From: Marsupella aquatica
Lineage: Eukaryota > Plantae > Marchantiophyta
Reading direction: 5' to 3'
Length of the DNA stretch: 64,000 bases
Assembly: GCA_973895155.1 (NCBI GenBank)
Contig: OZ316894.1
Coordinates: 9,200,234-9,264,233, forward strand
Shown: positions 26,561 to 39,129 of the stretch, one piece after another
Numbering within the stretch: the first letter of the stretch is position 1
Layout: each line of letters starts with the position of its first letter
Translations under genes and position numbers: made by a program
Notes under the pieces: generated by a model
Database searches by the model: none
What the model was told of the DNA's origin: nothing
What the model saw: the letters and a program-made list of their open reading frames with translations, nothing else

Positions 26561-29399
26561 AGCAACATTTTGATGTGCAAACAGACCAAACAAAAGCCAC
26601 GTACCGAAAAGAAAATGGAACCGGTCACATATTGGAGTTGACAACTTTGACTACCTTGGGGAGAAAGTAGTCAACACGTGATGGTGATCCTGAGTATAGT
26701 ATGACGTCTTTCAGGTTCAAGCTTGTCAAGTCGTCAAATTATCAAGAAAACCTGTTCGGGATTGTAATTGAAACAGGCTGCAAATGGTAAGGAGATTGTT
26801 TACAGGTCACATTTCAATCAAAAGTGTAAATAGTGTTATCTAAGTCAATTTAATGTTCCGAACAAGTCCATCTAGGCTTCATAGACAAAGTGGAGGTCCA
26901 TCTCTTTAGTTGCGCAAACAGAATGATGAATCAAAACCTCCACTCTAGTTCTTGCAAGTAAATGCACAACACTGTGCATTCTTGTCCGTAGTAACTTAAA
27001 ATTATAAAGAAAAGAATCTTAGAGTGCATTAAGAGCCAAAAACACACATTGACTGCCTGCTAGCGTGGGCGCGTGGCCTCTATAAATGACATGTGAAACT
27101 GTGAATGGCTATAAATGACATGTGAAGGGGTGACATTTGTGGGTGAAGGAAAACATTTATTGAAAAAGGTAGCAAGGGGTTTTCAACACTTGCAGTGCAA
27201 TTACGGGCAAAACACACACACCGGAATCGTTTTTTAATATGTGGAAAGGATCTTGGCCGTGAAAGCTGCTCTCCTCGTCCAGGACAATCGTCCAATAAGA
27301 AAAGCGTAAAAGACCTTCTGCTGACAGAAGATCGCACACAACGCGGCTGTCGCCTACTGCCGAATAACCGAGTTCCGATGTCTGCACAAAAGAAGCAGCA
27401 GCAAGTGCCGTCGATCTTCCCCATGAACGGTCAATGCCAGCCGATGACGACGAACGCGACCATTTCTCGGGAATTTCTTCTTTCTCAGGGAATCAACCGG
27501 TTCAGACAAGATACGTCTGTGCGGCACCGCGGCCCAGCGCCGGCCCGCCCCCTGGCGGCCTGGCCCCCTCCTCTTGTACAGTAATTCTCCTGTTTGTGTT
27601 CTTTAGTGCTGTTCGTTGGTAAAGTAAGGAAGTGTCTCTTTCTGGCCCCCGTTCTTTCTCCGCCTTTGCTCTCGCCAGTGTTTACGTGTACTTTCCTTCT
27701 CTTCCTTGTCTACCGGTATGTCTGGAAAAGATGTTTGTAATTTTTTCCCCCTTCCACCCTCCCACCCCGCCCCCCCCCCCCCTCCCCCCTTTTTTTACCT
27801 CTGTCTAGTCGATCTCATGAAGAGACATCATAGAGGATAAGCTAGGGAAGACGAAAAAACACGAATTTGCGAAAAAGTGCATACAAAGTACAACGGACTC
27901 AGGGCAAATGAGGTCCATAGAGGACAAACACCAAGACAAACACCAATCTCAGAACAAGGCGGCACATCCAAACCTCTAGAACCTAGAAAGAGGTAGGGTA
28001 GACTAGTAATAGGATCTCTCCTTGACCCGTCTCTCACTAGGGTAGACTAGCAATTGGGATCTTAAAACTTACGTACGGCCAATAACCATAGTACGGATGT
28101 CAAAAGTAGAGGCTGCCTAGAAAGTAGTGCTAGCCAAAAAAGAAACTTCGATGACTAATATGATTACCATGCCACCAAATCAGTTTTCTTGTGCACATCA
28201 AAATATGACATATGCCTTGCATACCGTGATAATCCTAGTTTTTTCTATTCAATCAATAAATACAACTATATTTTAATGATGTGTAATTACCAACAGGGAG
28301 TTTTCTTCCTATTGGGAGGGCAACATTTCCCCACAATACCATACTTTGGTTTTTATTCCACGAAAAAGTACTAACTATGCACGACCTCCCTAGCAAAATT
28401 AATCCTCACAATAATTGACCCAATCGGTCTCTGGGCCAGATACACCGTACCTAAGGATTCTCGTACTGCTCGAGTCAGGGGTATTACAGTCATCTTAAGT
28501 AATAGTTAGAACGGGAGTCTCCAAAACTCAACCTGCCAATGTTAGTTGGATTGAAAAATTTGTGACCAGTTTCAGGAAAAAGTTAGAAAATCAAAACTGA
28601 GACGCGTTATATGAGGCGACATGCCCCCCAAAACGCGATTCTATTGAAATAGGCCACGAGCACATATTTTGCCTAGATATCAGCGAAATAAGAGACTCAG
28701 GAAACTTGCTGACTATGAAAAATGAAGTGGGGCCTTTTAAAAATTGAAAATTATTTCAAACAAATTTAATTATCTATTATTTATGCCAGGTAAGTTTCCA
28801 GTACGGTAGTCCCACCAGGCGGGATGAACAGTAACTCGCCGAGTTCCCTGGACGCGAACAGTGGCTTACTTCCCGGCACCGGGAGCCTCCAGCTGGCGGT
28901 CGTTGGGGGAGCGAGGAGTCAGAGGGACTGTCCACAGTATTCCCTCGTGCGCGAATCGATTTCCTTTGGACGGTGCGATTTCGTGCCTTTAGCAAAGATG
29001 ACGGCACAGATGTTCTCTCTACGCTGTTACAGTACACCCATGTTGAAGGATTACGTAACGCGGTGACCAGGTGAGATTTTTAATGGCCCTGGGTTCGAAC
29101 CTTCCTATTCCACCATGTGTGGAATGTGTAAAATGTGGAGCAGCGTTCCTTTCGGCAAGTAGCCCAAGTAGATACGAGACAATTGCTTACCACTGATTTG
29201 GAATGTAAGTGTAGATGAATACAAAAACATCTTCCTAATAATTCACACTTCTTTTGATTTCTCCCCATTCAGTGTATCCCAAAAGTTTAAGTGACTAATA
29301 AGAGTTATATTCTAGACACCCCTCTCTAGACCTAGACCAGGAAAAACAGGTCTCTATTGCAAATTGAGTTCACTCACACAGGTTGGCGATGGGTGCTAC

Positions 29400-30865
29400 C
29401 AGTTATCCCCCAGGGCAAGATTTTGGCAAGCATAAGTTTTCATAGATACTTATCATGGGGCAAGAGAACTAAAACAATGTCCAAAATGTGATGAGCCAAA
29501 TAGGATGAATTTAAGGTTTGCGACAAGTAGACCAAGTGACGATTGCCAATTTAATTCACTCAGGCAGGGTGGCGATCTCATGGAGTCATAGGTGGTGACG
29601 GGTGGTGGCCACTCATTCTTCCAGGGTTTAGCAAGCATGAGCAACATTGTTTTCAGTGTAAAACATTTGCCAAATTCCAATTCCCCACAAAGCTTTGGCC
29701 ACTTTGGGGCAAAACTTTGATAGTATTTTTCTGTCTCATCAGCCAGTGTCCTACTTAATCACAGGCCTCATTAGCCAGAATCTTACAGTCAGCCTGAAAT
29801 TTAGGGAGATCTGATGGTCAGGAAAATAACCAGATAGAGAACATTTGAGCATCTTCTCCTTCACACACTCTGGACATTTCAACTCTGGCAAAAACTTTAA
29901 AACTTTAAGAAAATATGATGAGCATGGGGTTTTGAAGATACTGACCAGGGGGCAATAAACCAAGGAATAATGTCTAAAACTGTGATGAGCTCGTAACAGG
30001 TCGCTGTTCATTTCACCGCTGTTCATTTCTAGGTGGTCTCTAAAAGTCACTTCCCATTCTCGACCCCTAAATATGTTGTTTGATGATTTTCCACAACATA
30101 TAAACAATTTTTAAATGCCGTTTCTGTGGAATGTATATTGGTACTAGAAAATTTCCCAAAACCGGATATGTTAAGTGAAATGATTACTATAATACATTAC
30201 AGAAGAACTTGTAGTTTAAGGTTCGGGTCTAAGGTATACAAGTGGCAAGTGGTGATTGCCACTTGTATACCCTAGTGCTGGCGATCTTATAAAGTTGTAG
30301 GTGGGGATGCGTGGCGACCACAAATTCTCCCGGGTTGGAATATTTGCAAGCAAAAGGAGATATCAACCACGGGGCAAGAGAACAAATAAACCATGTCCAA
30401 AGATGTGATGAGAGGGGACTGATTTAAGGAGCACCAGTGCATTTTCTTGATAAATAAAATGAAGGGAGTTGATAGAATCCACCCTAATTTTAAAGAATCC
30501 CCCTTAATAGTGTATTTGTCCAAGGAACTGAATTGAGCTTGTGTATTAGTGTGCAGTTGACAAGTAATCATGAGGAACTAGATCAGTATGTACCAGTGTT
30601 TTTTTAGTGGCAAAAATCTAGATTCCACCTCCACAAAAATCCTTCACCACTTTTGGCGAAAATTTGTTACTATTTTGCTGGCCCATTAGCCAGTGTTTCA
30701 CCTAATCCCAGCCCCATTAGCCAGACTCTAACAGTCAGCCTTAAATCTAGGGAGATTTGACAGTGAGGAAAATAATTAAATAACAAATCTTCTGAGCATC
30801 TTCTCCCTCACACACTTCACATTCTCCACTCTGGCTAAAAAGTGAAATTCTTAAAAAAATAAGTT
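29400..30865. repeat. Diverged ~500-bp direct duplication (29400-29920 and 30325-30865) containing a fossil hAT left end
   Basis: Shared GGGGCAAGAGAAC..ATGTCCAAA, ATTAGCCAGA..ACAGTCAGCCT, TGAGCATCTTCTCC. Region 30594-30670 (CAGTGTTTTTTTAGTGGC..TAGATTCCACCTCC) resembles the hAT terminus at 35580. Confidence 0.75.
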
Positions 30866-32292
30866 GGTATGTACATTCTGTGTGAAGCCTAATGAGGTTT
30901 ACACTCTTCTTCAATGAATTTTTCATATTAATAGCATGTTCGTCTGGAACAGTCTTTTTTTGTCTTATGTTCATATGTAATTCATTTAATTTTATTTATG
31001 ATAAAATAAGAAAGTAGATGTAAAGTACATGTCAAGAAAATAATATGTCAATTAAGAGTGAGTGAGATAATATTCAAAACCATAAATATACATGCAAAGA
31101 AAAATACATAATGACCAGGAAAGTATTGAGGTACGGAAAAGTTGTGCCCATAAAATACATATTTCATTTGTTTCTAGGTAATGATAGTCAATTCAATTAA
31201 AACCATACATTTTGTAAAATAAATCATTAGGGGAACTTAGTACATCACATGTGCACATTGTTCAAATCATTTCTCTCACTCTCATAAAAAAAGATAGAAT
31301 TCACTAAGAGTGATTGAAAAGGAAAAATTATACATTTATGAAGGGAGCCAAAATAAATTCAAAATACTCTAAGTTAACTAAAATTAAAAGGGGTCCAAAA
31401 GTTAATTCAAAATCTAATCAATACAAATGATTCAGCTGTAAAGGCACATTAAAATCTAAAACACTTGACCCAAATCTGCATAAGACAAAACATGAAACTT
31501 GGACTCACCAATATAGCATGTTCATCCTAATCTTCAATGAATTTTTGATATAGCATGTTTTTATTGGAACATGCTTCATTTTTGTCTTGTAGTGATATGT
31601 AAGTGACTGTTGCATAGTATTTTGATCAGATTGATTAGGAAAAATACAAGTGCACAAGTCTTGAAAAATAGTGCACATAAGGCACAGATGCTCATTTGTT
31701 GTAATGACACTCAAATCAATCAAACCTTGTGCACATAAGGTACCAAAAATACTCCCTTGCATTAGGTAATGACAATTTATTTGCTTTAATGACACTCAAA
31801 TCAATAAAAACATTGTGCACATAAGGTACAAAACATACCCCCTTGCCTTAGGTAATGACAATAAAAACTATAAGCTTAGCAAATAGTACTTAAGCATGAG
31901 GAGTCCACCCCTCAAACTATCAATTCTCTCTCTCTTTCACTAGAATTGACATAAATTCCATAAAATCTGTTAAAGGCGGTGAATGCTCTATATTGAAAAC
32001 CAAATGTAGTGGGGAATGAAAGCCCTAGCAAAAGAAGATGAAAAACACTTAGATGGATGCCAAAGTAATCTAAAGCCTAATTTATACAAGTATTGCACCT
32101 TGTTAAGGATACATTAAAGTAAAAATATATGACAAAAACTCTTAGTAATACTAAACATTGAAACATATGGCAGTGTCAAAAATTGAAGTAAAAATTGAGA
32201 GGTTTCACTCTTCTTCAATGAATTTTTTACCTTTCAGTGTTTTGTCTTACTAAGAATTTTTGTCATATATTTATATATTAATGTGCCATGAC

Positions 32293-32638
32293 TATTAGTA
32301 TTAACTCTTAGGTCTAGAGTTACAACTGTACCTCAGTTAGGGCTAACCTTAGTCGCAGACTAGGTTAGGTTAGTCATGTTGTGCACACTCTATATCCCAA
32401 GGAGTGTCTGCTTGGGTAGGAGGAACTCAGATTCATTATTACGGAGTCAATTGAGGGATAAGGAGAGTTTGTGTTGTGGATGCTTGATATGGTCGGTTGG
32501 CCTAGAGTACAATAAAGCTCTTGTGTATTCTAGTCAAATTAGCTTCATATGGAGGTGAATCACATATCTCTTTGTGTCGATTACTTGATAGTTGGATGGT
32601 TATGAGCATGTCATTGTAAATGTCATCTTTGCTCAACA
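32293..32638 (+). mobile_element. Solo LTR (same family as 10105 and 25963)
   Basis: T(A)TTAG...CTCAACA termini; 5-bp TSD ATGAC/ATAAC; shared CCTCAGTTAGGG, AGGTTAGGTTAGT and GAGGTGAATCAC blocks; internal TATA-like motif and AATAAA. Confidence 0.75.
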
Positions 32639-32900
32639 ATAACAGGCTGCAAGACATGTATAATTTAGAATACTCTACCACCCCTTTGAGGGATTTTTAT
32701 ATTCCTAGCTTTAATTCCACACATTTTCAATAGAATGCATGCACCCCCTTAAGCAAATTGTATGGAATTTCTGCCAATTCTTGTATGAGAGAGAATTGAG
32801 ACTTTGAGGCAAGGAATCCTCTTGCTTTAAGTACTCCTCAAACTTTTATTTGCTAAGCTTATGGTTTTAATTATCATTACCTTAGGCAAGGGAGCATCTT

Positions 32901-34347
32901 GAGGTATATGTTTAATCAACCCCCTTTGGACTGTTTCCTGCTTACTCAACCCCCTATGTTCAGCTCTGCCCCAATCGACCCCCCAAAGTATGTTTGTTAC
33001 CCAATCAACCCCCGTTGATAGTTTATGGTTCATGACATGTCATGCATTGCAATTGCAGTCTACCTGAACCTGCCCGTGGGTGCAAGCGACTTGACCAAAC
33101 CGTCAAATGCTTCATTTAGGGTCGGCCGCGCCTTGACGGCGATGATCAAGGATTTTAGAAATGATGTGAAGACAATACGTGTTATGTCTTCAGATGTTCA
33201 TTATTGAATTGTCCTCATATAACTTGGTCCAAATGTTCATTGTTTCACATTTTGTCATGATGACTTGTCTTGATCATGAGGTTTGAGGGAATCTATTGTA
33301 TTGGGGGTTATTGGGAAGCTCAGTCTCTTTTTGTTAGATTTTGCATGCAATCTAGATGACATTGTAGTGGTGTGAGGTACACTTAGGGATATAAATGTTG
33401 GAGATTTTGATGTCATTGTGCATCTTTGGCATGGAGGGGATCTATTTGAAGTGGACATTCTTTAATGTGACATTTTATCACTACAAGATAGAGCATACCC
33501 AAAAACAAGACGCAATTGCACATGGGTTTAGGATGTGCCAGGATAACTGATGGGAAAGCCTATATAAGAAAATGTGTAAGAATTTGATGTTGTCATCAAT
33601 TGTGGTTGATATGTTTATTCGAGTGACTACACTTCGTTGAGAGTACATAATGCAAAGTGTCTTAGTTCAATTGCTTGTAATGGAAGCAAAGGCAACTCAA
33701 ATTGAAAACGGCAAACACTTCAAGGATTTTGGAGAATTTTAGAAGTGTTTGGATTCTTGGCCGTCATAATGTTCTTGCGGTATAAAGATTGGAAACATTT
33801 TGAGAACATTTAATAATTTCTGAATGCAAGTGTACTGATTTAGCAAATTAATCGGTGTCAAAGAGATCCAGCAAAGCATTTTCTGTGAGTGAGATCCAAA
33901 CATAGATTTGTCTCTAGTGGAATGCACTGATAAAGATTCTCAACAAAGCAACTATATATGAACATTATGGAGATAGCAGCCCAGTTTTATTACCTCTAAA
34001 TTTCAAACAAATGGAGACCCCACTGAAGACCCCTAAATGTTTGAAGACCATACTAGTTTTGTCTTCAAACACAAAAATATCCATGACTGCGTCCGGTGTC
34101 ATTTGATCTTATCACGCGTGGATTGTGGGCTGACTCTTATCTCGACATAATTGCAGCATACCACAGACGAGACCACGGGCTCATATGATAGAAAATTAGA
34201 GTTCACCTTGGTAAAGTCTCCCTATACTACTCTTCCCAAGAACTATATGTAAGAAATTGTCAGAGGGGGTCTAGTGGGGCAGATCTGAACATAGGGGGTT
34301 GATTAAGTAAGACACCGTCCCCAAGGGGTTGATTAAGCATATACCTC
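32901..34347. mobile_element. Non-autonomous Mutator-like element (MULE), 1447 bp
   Basis: Perfect 9-bp TSD GAGCATCTT (32892-32900 and 34348-34356); ~80-bp TIRs beginning GAGGTATATG(T/C)TTAATCAACCCC; no transposase ORF. Confidence 0.92.
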
Positions 34348-35227
34348 GAGCATCTTCTAAACCTTATGTGCAAAACTTTTGGTTGATTTGGGTATCATTA
34401 AAGCAAGTGAGAACTGTACCTTATGTGCAAAACTTCTCAATACTTCTGCACTTGTACTTGTACTTGTCATTATGTAACATATACTTTTATTTGGCATGTG
34501 TTATAGTTTTGGCATTCAATTCTATCAAATACTCTGTAATGTCATTTACACATACACTACAAGACAAAAAATGAACCATATTCGTGGCTTCGACTAATAT
34601 TCATCAAGCAGCTTACAAACCCTATATTGTATAGGATTAAGGTCTCGAGGGTGCCTTTACAAAGTATATGCTTGACTGTATACCTCGTAAACTAAATACA
34701 GGCAACCTTTACTTTGTACTCTCAACTAAGGTAAGTGGACATTTAGTAGTAAATCACTACTAATGTCCTTGACGTGCTGTGAGGTAGCGGTAAGGTTATT
34801 AGTCCTCCACATCTGAGGTACTGCTGTCAGGCTGGTGGTCTCTACATGTATGGGGCTGTTTTATTACCTCACCCATCGGATGAAAGTTCCTTATCAAATA
34901 CACTCTGGAGACAATAACCTCGTAACAGTACATAAAAGTTTACATGTGGAGAAGGCTGATGGACAAGGAGCCTAATTAGATGAACACAAGACCTTAAAGT
35001 ATAGTTCAGCACATGGATATTGAACTTCTGGCAGACATTGTTCTTTTGTCAAAAGCCTTAAAACTCTCCTTGGGTACAAATGGTCGATTGGGGAAGTGTC
35101 AGAGCATAATAAATGAACACACGACCTCAAAGGATATAACTAACCATCATGAATATTGCAGGTGTGGCCTGCGCTGTTCTTTTCTCTCAAAAGAATTAGA
35201 ACTCTCCTTGGGTACAAAGGGTTGTAA

Positions 35228-35505
35228 TAACCTCCCACCACAGGGCAAGAGGCTCCAGACCAGGGGGAAAGGCCTATGTATGTTTTGCAAAAAATTCCAT
35301 TTTTCCTACGTTATTCCCTTTAACAATTTCACAGGACAAATTTGGGTAAGAATATGGCAACCCACCACAGGGCAGGAGGTGGTGACAAGGAGGCTCCAGA
35401 TCAGCTAGAAAAGCCTATGCATATTTTGAAAAAAATTCCATTTTTTCTCCATTTTTTCTCCATTTTTTCCCTTTTAAAGTTTTTCACAGGACAAATTTGT
35501 AAGAA
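35228..35505. repeat. ~130-bp tandem duplication (CCACCACAGGGCA..GAGGCTCCAGA..AAAAAATTCCATTTTT..CACAGGACAAATTTG)
   Basis: Two visible diverged copies. Confidence 0.75.
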
Positions 35506-36657
35506 TTTGACAATTATTTGCCATTTAGAATAGATATGATGCGGAGTGCCTTGTGTCCTGAATTGAGAGGCCTTGGGGGCAGGGTTTTTTTTTAGTAGCA
35601 AATTTTCGCTAGATTCCACCTCCTCCAGAAACCTTCGCCACATTTGGCGAACTTTCGCTACATTTTCGGGGCCTTACTCGCCAGCATTCCACCACCATCG
35701 ATCCTGGAGTAGCCAGCCGTCTGGCAGGTGGCAGTCCTGCATTAGCCACCTGCTTTTGCCCTAAGCACGAGGTCATTAGCCGCCAGCTCGCATTCTCCTT
35801 AGGCAAATTGCCACCCTTCCTACACTGGACGAGACGCTCTTCGCCATAGATGCTTCTCCTGATCTCATGTGCTTAGCAAAAAGCACGAGATCAGGGGCAC
35901 AATCAGCTGCGGCCCTGGAGGAACTCACGGTGTCGCACTCGGGGTTGCACTCTCAGCTTTCATTCCTCCCATTCCACTCGCTGTGCCGACAGGGAACTTG
36001 GCTTCAATGTCTTCATTTTTTAGCTGGAAATGGCAGCCGAATGTTGTGTTTTTTAGTGCTGTCGTCTTTATGAGGTTTTTGAGAGGGTTAAGCAATTTGA
36101 TGAGGGCAAGTTGGGGGCTGGCTGCGGGGCTATGATTCCACGAATGTTCTGGTCTTTAGGCCGAGTGGGAGATTGAGCTATGGTGCATTGTGAGATCAAG
36201 CGGGAATTTCAATTTGAAGAAGCGCCACTTACGTCAACACTCAGCAGCATTTCATGGAGTCGATGGCCTACAAATATCTCAGGGGGTTTTCCTTTCCTTT
36301 ATGTCATCAGTGTTGTTTCCAATTGAGCTTCCGTGGATCATGCGAAGTGCGAAGTAGTCTTTGTTGAATTCTTCGTTCAGACTGAAACAACATCTCCTTG
36401 CTGCACTCGGTCTTTGCATCCTTATTTACAGTGTTGCGTGGTTGGCACTTGGCAGTATGTTGTTCTTGCATTGAGTCCTTGTGGCCACAGTTCATATTCT
36501 CTGTTCTGGTTCTTCGTTTTGACCAAAGCAACATCTCGTTGCTGCATTCGATCGAAGCATTGTTATCTAGTGTTGCTTGGTTGGCAGCATCTTGTTGCTC
36601 CATTCAGTCCTCGTTGCCATAGTCTGTTGTAGATTGCAGCAACATCAGCATAGGATC

Positions 36658-39129
36658 ATGGCAATGACGAAGGCAAAATTGAAGGCAGCAGCACGTGCCT
36701 CAGGGCTGCCAAACAACCTCATGGTGAAGTATTTTTTGAGTAATCGTTTGAAGCCTTGCAATCCTAATGGCTCCCCTGTCTTTCATGGCTCTGGGTCATC
36801 GTCTCCAGGTGCTTCTCCTACTGAGAATGAGATTCTCAGTAGCGGGGCAGAGGGTGTAGACACTGATGTTGTGAATGTTGAGAATGTCAACGCTAAAGAG
36901 GTCAGTAAGAAGAGAAAGCGCAGCTACGAGATGAAGTGTCACTTCCAACCTGGATGGGCAGCTGTTCATCCCTGGGCAGTTGCAGCTACAGTGGATGCAG
37001 AAGGGGTGGTCACCCAAGTGCGGTGCACAATCTGCACTAAGATTGAGGGGAGGGAGAAGTTATATGTTCCAAAGATCGATGGGCTTTGGAAACATGCTGG
37101 CAGGAGGCGTGCTGAGAAGGACATGGTAATCCGTGGCAGGAAGTATGCGAAGGGCACTTTCTACTTTTCCGGCACCACTCAACATGAAAAGAATGAGAAG
37201 CTGTTGTTGCAGCTGCCACAAGATCCCATCCATCGGCAGATTCAAGATGCAGTGAGTCTTGAACGAAAGAGGAAACTTGTCCAATTTACTGTTCTTTTCA
37301 GTCTGCTTATGCTGGGACGTCCCATGACTGACTATGAAGCCATGTTGAAGTTGTTACAACATTTGAGAGTTCCAGAGACACCGACCACACATTGGAGCAT
37401 GAGTTCAGGCTGGGGCATGGCAGAGAGCATTTTCCACATCATTCGGTTGAAGACTCAAGAGTGGTGCTTTGGAGCCCGCTACATCTCAATGTCTACCGAT
37501 GAGGTAACTGCCATTGATAACACTACGTGGATAAGCATTCATGTTTATGTCATGAGAGGGTGGGAACGAATCCCGTTCTTGCTTTCCTTGCAAAAGTTGA
37601 TGAATGGGCCTGATGCTACAAACTTGACTGTTGCTGTTGTGGAGTCCTTGACTGGAGATTGCGGGAATCTTGGGTGGAAAGAAGTAGCTTCAAAGCTTGT
37701 GAGCTCTGGAGCAGATGGAGCTGCGGTTTTCCAAGGGCATCGAACGGGGGTTTTGGCTCGCATACAGAAACACCATGCTCCGTTCATGTCCGGCTTACAT
37801 TGTTGCGCCCACAAGACTAACATTTGTGTAGAGAAATTGGACTCCTTGCAAGTTGTACAAAAGATTGAGGCCCTTGTGTCCAGCCTGCATTCATATTTTG
37901 CTCACAGCCCGAAACGACAACTTGAGTTTCAACGGCTAGCTGCTGAGCTGGAGAGTGAGGGCCGGAAGATTGAAAGAAACACCAAGACTCGATGGATTTC
38001 CCTCCTACAACCCTTGCAGAGTGTTCTGCGTGAGTACAAGACACTTGTTGTATAAATGTCTACAGATGGGGCCACACTTGCAAGTGCGAGGTCCAATGCA
38101 AAGCTATTACTGGACCTAGAGACATTCATATCCTTGCCATGTATATTGCCTTTGTTAAAATCTGTGCATGACCTCATTCTGTTTGCCCAATCCAGGGATG
38201 TCATGATCCAGGATTTCATTAGTGCTGTAAAGGTACATCAGGTAGAATTGCACTGTTACTACGTGGATTTGCAAACCTCTTTTAGACTGGGGGCATTTCA
38301 TTCGTTTCAAGAGATTGTAGCTGGTCGATCTCATACTGTCAGGCATGAGTGGATGACTGATCTGGAGACTGGCGTGGAGTATCTCTCGTTTCAGATTGGT
38401 GACCACACCTATCCGACCCATTGGTTTGATGAGATTTTGGGGCATGACTTACCTGTTACACGACATGCATTCGACCACGTTGTTTATACTGTGAAGAATC
38501 AGTGTAAGGAAGCAGCTTCAAAATTGATTAAGTTGTTTGACACATGGTTTCCTAACGTTGACCTGTTGAACGCTTTGGGCATAGTCCATCCGCAGTATTG
38601 GGAGAGAGACGATGCAGAGGAGAATTTTGGCTGGTACCTTCAAGTGATCAAGAGCAACTTCTGTGAACAAAAGTCCATTTCCCATGAAGGTGAATCAGGT
38701 GAGGATAGTGCTGTCATCGAACCTATTCTCGATTACAACTTGCTGCGAGACGAACAGAGTTTTTTCAAGCTAACCATGGAGGCAAATGCTGCCAAGGTAA
38801 TGGGAGAGCAAGAGTTTAACCCTGACGTCAAAAACCCCATGACACGACTATGGAAGAGATTGGGGGCGAATCCTTTGATTTGGGCAAAGATGGGGGAGTG
38901 GTTTAAGCTTGCAGAAATTGCTCTGGTCATGGTGGCGGGTTCAGTGGAGGATGAACGGATTTTCTCCACTACGTCATTTGTGAAGAGTAAGCTTAGGAAC
39001 AGATTGGGGAGTCATTTGGATTGCACGGTGCGGATGTTCACTCAGAAATTTTTCTCTCTAGATGATTTCCCATTCCAGGATGCCATTACACATTGGCTAG
39101 AGGAAGAAAGGCGTGGAGTGGTTGGTTAG
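36658..39129 (+). pseudogene. hAT transposase (ZNF862/C17orf113-like), ~823 codons, one in-frame TAA at 38053-38055
   Basis: Zn-finger-like CTIC..H..H; catalytic D (STDEVT) and D (GADGAAV); CxxH (HCCAH); TRW; E (SVEDERIFS); hATC dimerisation motif KSKLRNRL. Two ORFs (36577-38055, 38056-39129) lie in the same frame. Confidence 0.9.

Larger units (their letters stand above)
31570..34580. repeat. Large AT-rich foldback palindrome (apex ~32200) interrupted by a solo LTR and a MULE
   Basis: Arms pair as 32111-32160 with 32235-32285, 31870-32100 with 32640-32900, and 31575-31830 with 34357-34578. Confidence 0.8.

Noticed and set aside
28786-28797. Minus-strand ACTTACCTGG resembling the U1 snRNA 5' end
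   Set aside because: Downstream sequence is AT-rich with no U1 stem-loops; it is only a splice-donor-like motif.
29040-29110. tRNA-like GGTTCGAACC
   Set aside because: No cloverleaf or acceptor stem could be built.
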